From Prasinococcaceae sp. CCMP 1430 (Eukaryota > Plantae > Prasinodermophyta), in NCBI GenBank assembly GCA_013416795.1, contig RQSC01001079.1:150938-214937 (forward strand): a stretch of DNA of 64,000 nt. The letters run 5' to 3'. Of the stretch, positions 57,431 through 64,000 are shown piece after piece (the first letter of the stretch is position 1; each line of letters starts with the position of its first letter). The translations under genes were made by a program, and so were the position numbers. Under the pieces are notes generated by a model, which was not told the DNA's origin, did not search any database, and worked only from the letters and a program-made list of their open reading frames with translations.

Positions 57431-58246
57431 CTACTTGCTCTGCTGCTTCGCGGGCGGTCGCCGCTCCCAGGCTGCGTGCTGCTTCTGGCGCTTGTGCGGC
57501 GGCGCGACTTTGCCGTCGCTGGGCTGTACTCGCGCGGCCGCACTGCCTTCTGCGGGGCTGCTCCGCCTGGTGGCAGCCTCCTTGCTCCTGCGCTCGTTCT
57601 CCTTCGTGTAAGCGTCCATGAGGATTCGTCCAACCTCGTACACCTCATCAGTGTTTACCTGCAGGTCGGCGAAGATCGGCCGCATATCGACGTTGTTGAT
57701 CACGCACGCGACGTACAGAGCCGCGACCGCGGTGACATACGGCGGATAGAGCAGGCATACGTCGGTATGGTACGAGTCGTTGCACAGCGACCATGCATCC
57801 TGCGTGACTGCACCGAGGCGCGCGCGGTCGATGAGCGTGAGCAGCGGGCGGTACGGGTGGAACACCACGAGATCGCACTCGAGCCCCTCGAGGACATGCA
57901 TCTCGAGCTCGAGCAGGTCGGTCAGCGTTAGGTGGAACCCCAGCGCTCCGGCGTATCGCACCCAGTGCTTCGCCTGCATAGTGCACTCCTCTGCCTTGGA
58001 CGCGAGGTAGAGGCACGCGACGCCCACCGCCTGCGGGTCGTACTCGTCGTCGCGGTTGGCGACCGCAGTGAAGCGCCGCAGCATGACGATGGCCGTCGCG
58101 GCGACGCGTTGGCGCATGCGCGCCTTGCACGACAGCTGCACCATCCACATGGTCGTGGCCGCCAGCGCGCCGCGGCCCCTCGGGATATCCACGCGCGGCA
58201 GGATCCACCGGCGGCAGTGCGTTGACTGCCAGAAGTTCGACGCCAT
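57431..58246 (-). CDS. CCNC: Cyclin C (Mediator kinase module)
   Basis: MASNFWQSTHCRRW, RQRVAATAIV..RRF, CLYLASKAEE, LVVFHPYRPL and NDSYHTDVCLLYPP. Confidence 0.95.
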   Translation of the reverse strand: MASNFWQSTHCRRWILPRVDIPRGRGALAATTMWMVQLSCKARMRQRVAATAIVMLRRFTAVANRDDEYDPQAVGVACLYLASKAEECTMQAKHWVRYAGALGFHLTLTDLLELEMHVLEGLECDLVVFHPYRPLLTLIDRARLGAVTQDAWSLCNDSYHTDVCLLYPPYVTAVAALYVACVINNVDMRPIFADLQVNTDEVYEVGRILMDAYTKENERRSKEAATRRSSPAEGSAAARVQPSDGKVAPPHKRQKQHAAWERRPPAKQQSK

Positions 58247-58418
58247 CGCCGCCGCCACCGCAGCCTCCGCGGCCGCAAACGCAGCACGATCGCAGCAACC
58301 AGCGGCCGTCCCCTCCCTCTCCCTCTCTTCCGAACCCACCGACTCGCCCCCGCCCCGCCCGCCCCGCCCGCCCCGCCCGTCCCGCCCGCCTCGCCCGCCA
58401 CACCGCGCGCGCGCTTGC

Positions 58419-58547
58419 ACCGCCTGCGCCGCCCAGTTCCTTCGGGGTCGAGAGCTTCACGGCAACGCGGCCATCCTCGCTGCGGGCTTCGCCATCGCGT
58501 CCGCCGGTGGCAGTGGCGCGGGTGCTGTACTTGACGTCGACGGACAT
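58419..58547 (-). pseudogene. ohr: 5' fragment (43 codons) of bacterial organic hydroperoxide resistance protein Ohr
   Basis: MSVDVKYSTRATATGGRDGEARSEDGRVAVKLSTPKELGGAGG, with Shine-Dalgarno AAGGAG at 58560-58555. Breaks off before NPEQL and the catalytic Cys. Confidence 0.9.
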
Positions 58548-58685
58548 GCTCGGTCTCCTTAAAAACATTCTGCGATAATCATTATCGCGATAACGTTTAG
58601 CTAGTGCGTGAGTCGACCCTTGTCCAGCGAATATTTATCGCGATATGTATTTTGACGAATTTGGCCCTGGCCAAGGAGACCGATC
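58548..58685. promoter_or_regulatory. Bacterial divergent ohr/ohrR promoter region with two palindromic operators
   Basis: AT-rich. TTATCGCGATAA at 58582-58593, ATATTTATCGCGATATGTAT at 58631-58650, and an AAGGAG Shine-Dalgarno at each end. Confidence 0.8.
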
Positions 58686-58751
58686 ATGCCCGCCGCCGCA
58701 CCGCTCGACGACCAGCTCTGCTTCTCGCTCTACGCGACGAGCATGGCGATC
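58686..58751 (+). pseudogene. ohrR: 5' fragment (22 codons) of bacterial OhrR (MarR family) repressor
   Basis: MPAAAPLDDQLCFSLYATSMAI contains the OhrR QLCF redox-sensor Cys motif. Shine-Dalgarno AAGGAG at 58673-58678. Homology is lost afterwards. Confidence 0.88.
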
Positions 58752-59071
58752 CTCGCTACGCGCGCGCCGCGCGGCGCACGCCGCCGCGGCGCAGCTCATC
58801 TCGCGCGCACCGCAGCTGCCGTCGCCACCTAGCTTGAGACATCGGATGTACCAGCATGGTATTACATTTGAAGAAACGATCGCATCACCCACGGGCGCCT
58901 TCATTCACGGCGTCGCGCTGAATGCATTGTGCATGCGGGCCATTCGCGGACGGGCACATTTCGAAACGCGAAAGCGCGCTGCGCACACGGCCGGCGGGCG
59001 CGCGAGCGCGCGGCACACAGCGTGGCTGCGCTGGGGGAGGCCGCGCTGGGCTCCTCAGAGGGGAGGTGGGG

Positions 59072-59326
59072 ATGGAGCGCGCGGCGGGAGATGCGGTGGC
59101 CGCCGGCGCGCCCCGATCAGGCGCAGCGCTCGGCCTTGCCGAAACGCTGCGCCAACTCGCCACCGACGAGCGGGAGGGCGATGACGAGCAGGCCCCAAAG
59201 GACGGTGAGGGCGGGCGAGCTGATCGCCATGCGTTGGATGCCGGGCGGTGTGGTAAATCCGAAAAATACATACAGACAAAGTGTGATGCTTGGCTTCTCT
59301 TGAAGGTATGTCATGTGTCCCAGTAG
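59072..59326 (+). CDS. Possible small hypothetical protein
   Basis: ATG-initiated 84-codon frame with a coding-like first half and a GTGAG donor at 59205. It fills the otherwise missing + slot in the strand alternation. Confidence 0.25.
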   Translation: MERAAGDAVAAGAPRSGAALGLAETLRQLATDEREGDDEQAPKDGEGGRADRHALDAGRCGKSEKYIQTKCDAWLLLKVCHVSQ

Positions 59327-59507
59327 TACTGCGTGTGCATTGCGGGAGCAATTCGTGTGAGCGTTCCATGCGAGGCTGTCCAGTCATAGAAGTGTCGAGC
59401 AAGTGAGCCTATACCGTGGGCAGAAGATGATAGTGGATGGAAGCGGTGCGTTTTGAGGCTGCCTGCGTGGCCCCAGCGGGTCGTGCGGCGCACATCAGGT
59501 CAACGTC

Positions 59508-62470
59508 CTAGCGGCTGAGGTTGCGGGCACCCTGCGCCTGCTTTTTGGCGGCGCTCGTCGTGGCGCCCTCGATGGCCCGCCTCAGGCGGGCAATGTGAGC
59601 CTTCAGGTCCTCGTCGGGCCTCATGCCCAGGCCGCCTTCGACCTTGGGAGTTGCTGCAGGTCCGCTGCCGTGCAGCTTCGCCGTTGCTGGGTCCTCTGCT
59701 GGCGAGCCTGACCCTCCCGACTTTGCTCCGTCTGTCACGCGCGCGGAGGTGCTCCCTGCGGCGACCGTAGCTGCACCCGCCGATGCAGACTGCGTCGCAG
59801 CAACGCCCTCGCCAAGCCCCATTCGGGCGAGCGGCATGCACCTTACGTGTTCGAGCACGTCGGAGAGGCTATTGAACGGCTTTGCTGCAGACGCGCTCAG
59901 CAGATACAGCAGCCTGTTCACCGACACGCGGCTGGGGATCTTGTCCAACATAAAGGAACCCAGCTGCGTGGGGTCGACGTCACCGCCGCGGCGGCGCAAG
60001 TACAGGGCCGATTCGGCGAAAAGGCCCTGGTGAGCGATCATGCAATGACGCGTGTGATGGGGTTGTGGCGAGTCAGCTCGAAGCGCATCGCCGCACGAGC
60101 GTGTGTGAGAGCCATGTGTCGACCGGCGGGTGTGCACATGCGAGTCTGCGCAGGCCCTCGCGGTCGTGCAGAAATGGTGTCGAGGCAGAGTCATACCTGA
60201 ACGTTTTCGCGATGGCGACGGCCTTGCAGGTGTTGAGCAAGCTCAGTTCGCGTTAGCTCGGGCGCCGACGGGCCAAAGCATACCTCGCATCGCTGCCGTG
60301 AAGCAGACGGCAGCGCTGCTGAGGCCACGACGCTAGCCCTCGTGGAGAGCTTGCGTGCATCAGCCCCTCCTGGGCCCGAGCGGCACCCGGCTGCGAGACC
60401 TTCGGTGGTCGGAACCGAAGCGCTGGCGCGCTGAGACAGGAACGGGCGCGTCGTTTGGAGGCCACTACTATTCTCGAACCCCGCGCCTGGTACATTGACC
60501 AGCGATGGCGCACCCCTCGGCGAGCAGTATTGCGAGCTCGACGACGAAGAGGGCGATGGCGCCGAAAACAAGCGCGAATAGAAGCTCGCCGAGCCGCTCT
60601 CGACCTGTCCCGATGGCGTCGACAGCAGGCCCTGGGAGGTACCCCACGGGGTGAGCAACGCGCAGTGATTCTCGTTCACTGTGCGCGCGAATGGTAGCAA
60701 GTCAGTGGAGTCGCCAATGTCCTTGCTCGTGGCGCGGCCGCTGACACTCGCCAGCTGCGGAGCCGCTGGCAAGCCGTTGGTGCTGCCCTCCGTTTCGCTC
60801 CCTGAGCGAACGGTAGGCGGAGCGGTGGTCGTGCGTCGAAAGTTCACGTCAACGTTGGGTGCCATTGGAGTCGGCGTGGCCTCGCCAACGCTTGGTACCA
60901 GTCGCTGCGTGCTCGTCTGGCGAGCGAGTGGTCCGTGCGGCGCTTGATCGTGCGCCATCGCCTGGGACGGCAGCTGTGGCTGGGCTTGCCCCTGCTGGCA
61001 CCCGTCGCCGAGGACGACGGACAGCCGCGTCAGGGCAGCAGCTGCCTGCTTCAGATCAGCTAGATAACTCGGCTCGGCCATGACGTCAGACTGACTCGCT
61101 GTCTTCTCGGCGATGCCTTCGACGGCACTCGCGCAGCCCTCCAGCAGGCCAGTCGGGAGTATCACGGGGGGCGTGACTGATCGGGTGTGTCCAAGAAGCG
61201 CCTGCGAGCGTGGTGCGACCGACGCTCTCGGGGCGGCGAACGCAGATGGATGGGGCTGCAGCCCGGCCGCTGGTTTGAAGCCATCGGCAGACATCGCATT
61301 CGTGAGCCCCTTGTGCCCGCTGCTGGCACGAGCGCTATCACTGCCGTGCCAGCCGCCGACGCTGTCAACGTGCTTGAGGGCGGTGCTCGTAAGCCCATCG
61401 TGCGCTTCGTCGTGTCCGCGCGCGTTCGCGCGGGCGAAGAAGGGCCGCGCTGTCGCGTTGGCTCCGCTCTGGCCTGAGCTCACCACGCTCTGAAAGAGCG
61501 GCTGCTCTGCCCGCTCCTGCTGTTGGTGGTACGCGTGCGGAGGTGGGTATGGGGGCAGCGGTGGCTGAACGTCGAAATTCGAGCGGGCTTGGTAGTTTTG
61601 GTCTCCCACGTCGGCGCCTGTGAAGCCCGGAGGCGGCATTGGTGCAGTTTGCATCCGCGACGTCAGTGCAGCGAGTGGCGGTCGCAGCGGCGGCCGTCGC
61701 AGCAGCGGTGAAGGTGCGGAAAGACGATGCTGTGATGTATGCTGGAGCTGTTGCTGTTCTGTTTGCGCGAAGGGCTGCTGTTGTGGCTCGTTCTCACGTG
61801 GCTTCAGCTCCTCTTCGCCGTGGGCAAAGTTGCAGCGGCTGCCGTGGAGGCACAGGCCGTTGGCGAAGTGGCGGCAGAGCTGCGTCTTGCGCAGCCCCGG
61901 ATTCTTCGCTGGTGCCGGCGGTGGGTGTTGCTCGGCCAGACCGCGCAGGTACTCGAGCTCTTGCAGAGAGTCCATGAGGCTTGAATCGTCCTCGCCAGTC
62001 GCATTGCTCGAAGGCTCGGCCTGTGGGGAGGGCGGAGGGGGCGAGGCCGCCTTGCGAGCTGCGTCCGCGAAGGTATGCGTCGCGACCACCGCCCCTGCGC
62101 GTGTGGCATCGTGCGTAGTAGCACCGTTCGACGGAGGCGCGGTGATTTTGACCGCGCTACCGTCGCCCTCGCTTGCGCACGGGGAAGTCGAGAAAAAGGG
62201 CACCAGAGGGCGCGAGTCACCGCCGCGCTCAGCTTTCCCGGTCGCACCATCACGCTGCTCGTCGGTGGCGGCGACAACTTCCCCGGCGCCGGCCGTCATC
62301 GCGGGCGAGGAGGGCACAACCACCGCTGGTGGCTCCTCTCTCGCAGCCCCCGTTCCCGCCCTCGCACGCGCGGGCGGCGCGACAATCGGAATCGCTTTTG
62401 ACCCGCCCAGCGGCGCGCACACCCGCCGAACAGGCGACCCCCGCGCGGCCTCTTTCCAGGAGCCCAGCAT
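59508..62470 (-). CDS. CCCH zinc-finger protein with an additional C2H2/U1-type finger; exons 62470-60197 and 60026-59508
   Basis: RKTQLCRHFANGLCLHGSRCNFAHGEEEL and RCEVCF...LAQHLQGRRHRE. Phase-0 GT-AG intron. Confidence 0.8.
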
Positions 62471-63325
62471 GTCGATCGCCGCCGCCCTGAGCGGGGGGGG
62501 GGGCGGGGCGGCGTCAGTGCTATCTGGGTGAGTAGGTGGGTAGGCGCTCGTGCGCGGCGCCCCCCAGCCAGCGGCTCGCGGAGCCGCGGGGGAGTGCGCG
62601 CGCGCACAGAGGGGCGCGCGCAATGTGTGGCGCGCGCACCGCGCGCGAATCGAATCGCAAGCGCGCGCGACGCGCCGCCCCATCAAACGCCACGCGCGCC
62701 GCTCGCGCGCGCATTCCGTCCCGGGCACCGCCGCGCGCGAAAAAGGAGGCGCCCCGCGCGAAAATTGCGAGGGCGAAATTGATCGCCGGCGGGCGCCCCC
62801 GCGAGACATTCATCCAATGAATCGTCTCACGATGAGTTTGGCACTGTCGATCGATGGGAGACCTCAGATGCGTCGCGAGCACTGAAGAAATGATCCAGTG
62901 CGCCTGGGAGAGCGGTCGCGCGGGCGGCGGGGCGGGCGCGTGCGCACTGGCGAACCCACTCACCCGGCGTGCGCGCGCTGCGCGCGCTCTCAGGGCCCTG
63001 GCCCGCCAGTCAATTCCAGCACTCAGGGCCGCGCCGCGCGAGCCCAAATATCTGGGCCACGTGGCAGCGCGCCAGAAAATGATCCATCCGACGGGCAGGC
63101 GCGCCGAGCGTCGTCCGGCCGGCGCGAGGACAGGGGCAGTACGCTCCCCTGCAGCAATGCAACTTGATTGGTTTTGTGGCTGCACTCCTCGGGCTGCCCT
63201 CGGGGCGCTGCAGCGCGTGCGGGCGCGGCGGGCACCCCGTGCGGGCAGCACACGGTGGCCGGTGCACGCCCCTCGGTGGGGAGCGGCACCGCGCCGAACC
63301 GGCTCGTCGGGGTCAGCCGGTGGCC

Positions 63326-64000
63326 ATGCTCGCCCCGTGCGCGGCACTTGGGGCGCTAGCCTCCTTGCCCGCCGCGCGTGGCAAGCGTGGCGCAAGGCAC
63401 GGTCGGCGCCGCGCCGTTGGCCGCGCGCGGCAGAATTCACAGCAGCTGCGCCGTGGGGGGCGGTACACGCGACCTTCGACCGAGAAAAAGCGCGCGGCAT
63501 TCGTGCCACCAGCAGGCAGGAAAGTCAAGGTACAGCGTCCGCCGGAGCGCGGCGGGGGGCGCTACATCGTCGACCTCGCGCTGCCCGCCCAGAAAGCATC
63601 TCCCAAGGGGATTGTCTGCTTCCTGCACGGGTTTTCGCAGTATCCGCTGGCGTACTGGGACACGCTGCACGAGCTCGCCACCGACCTCGGCGTTCTTATA
63701 GGCGCGCCGGAGACCGGCATCTTTTCGCTGCGAGTGTTGCGGCGTTGGCTCTCGGGCGAATTCGGGCGCTCACCCGATGCGCTGCAGGAGAGTCTGCAGC
63801 GGACGCTCGCCGAGGACGCCTTGCAGATGCTCGACTTGATGCGACAGCGTGCACCGCCCTTCGACGACCTGGAGCTGAGCGAGGACCTTCCTAGGGCCAT
63901 GATGGGGCACTCGATGGGAGGCGGGCTGTGCTTCTACGTGGGACGTCATGCCCGCATCCCTGCGCTGGCCGCCATGGCCCCGTTCCCACAGCTGCAGGGT
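63326..64000 (+). CDS. Alpha/beta hydrolase (chlorophyllase/cutinase-like) with transit-like N-terminus; runs off the window and is absent from the ORF track
   Basis: Hand translation gives GIVCFLHGFSQYP, the nucleophile elbow GHSMGGG at 63905-63925, and ALAAMAPF. Confidence 0.85.
   Translation, partial: MLAPCAALGALASLPAARGKRGARHGRRRAVGRARQNSQQLRRGGRYTRPSTEKKRAAFVPPAGRKVKVQRPPERGGGRYIVDLALPAQKASPKGIVCFLHGFSQYPLAYWDTLHELATDLGVLIGAPETGIFSLRVLRRWLSGEFGRSPDALQESLQRTLAEDALQMLDLMRQRAPPFDDLELSEDLPRAMMGHSMGGGLCFYVGRHARIPALAAMAPFPQLQG

Noticed and set aside
57648-58568. 306-aa ORF read as an Ohr-cyclin C fusion or a full-length Ohr
   Set aside because: Ohr similarity stops after 43 codons. The remainder is an off-frame reading of cyclin C, not an in-frame fusion.

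Overview
Gene-dense, very GC-rich eukaryotic nuclear DNA from a green alga. Support for this: plastid-division ARC6, plastid-type IF3, MBS1, GT(G/A)-AG introns and a TGTAA poly(A) signal. A prasinophyte-grade alga is only a guess. About 30 protein genes are visible: a CREG fragment, FAP42/androglobin-like calpain-GK-ADK protein, SDHAF2, DUF89 phosphatase, dynein intermediate chain IC138/DNAI4, SNM1 nuclease, RRP14/SURF6, calreticulin, a saposin/Canopy-like ER protein, a WD40 protein, ZNRD2, Rab7, CDC73, DUF1990, IF3, MBS1, MBF1, a CNBD K+ channel, a giant coiled-coil protein, NTMT1, ARC6, DONSON, a PKD-TM-ARM membrane protein, cyclin C, a CCCH zinc finger and an alpha/beta hydrolase. Four things stand out. 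(1) A ~335-bp bacterial ohr/ohrR fragment, with both Shine-Dalgarno sites and palindromic operators, sits directly upstream of cyclin C. (2) The FAP42-like gene has an in-frame TAG where Trp is expected. (3) Twenty consecutive genes alternate strand strictly. (4) Several abrupt gene-to-gene junctions at GC-rich runs suggest local misassembly. No RNA genes, CRISPR arrays or transposons were recognised. All family calls come from recalled motifs, not from database searches.
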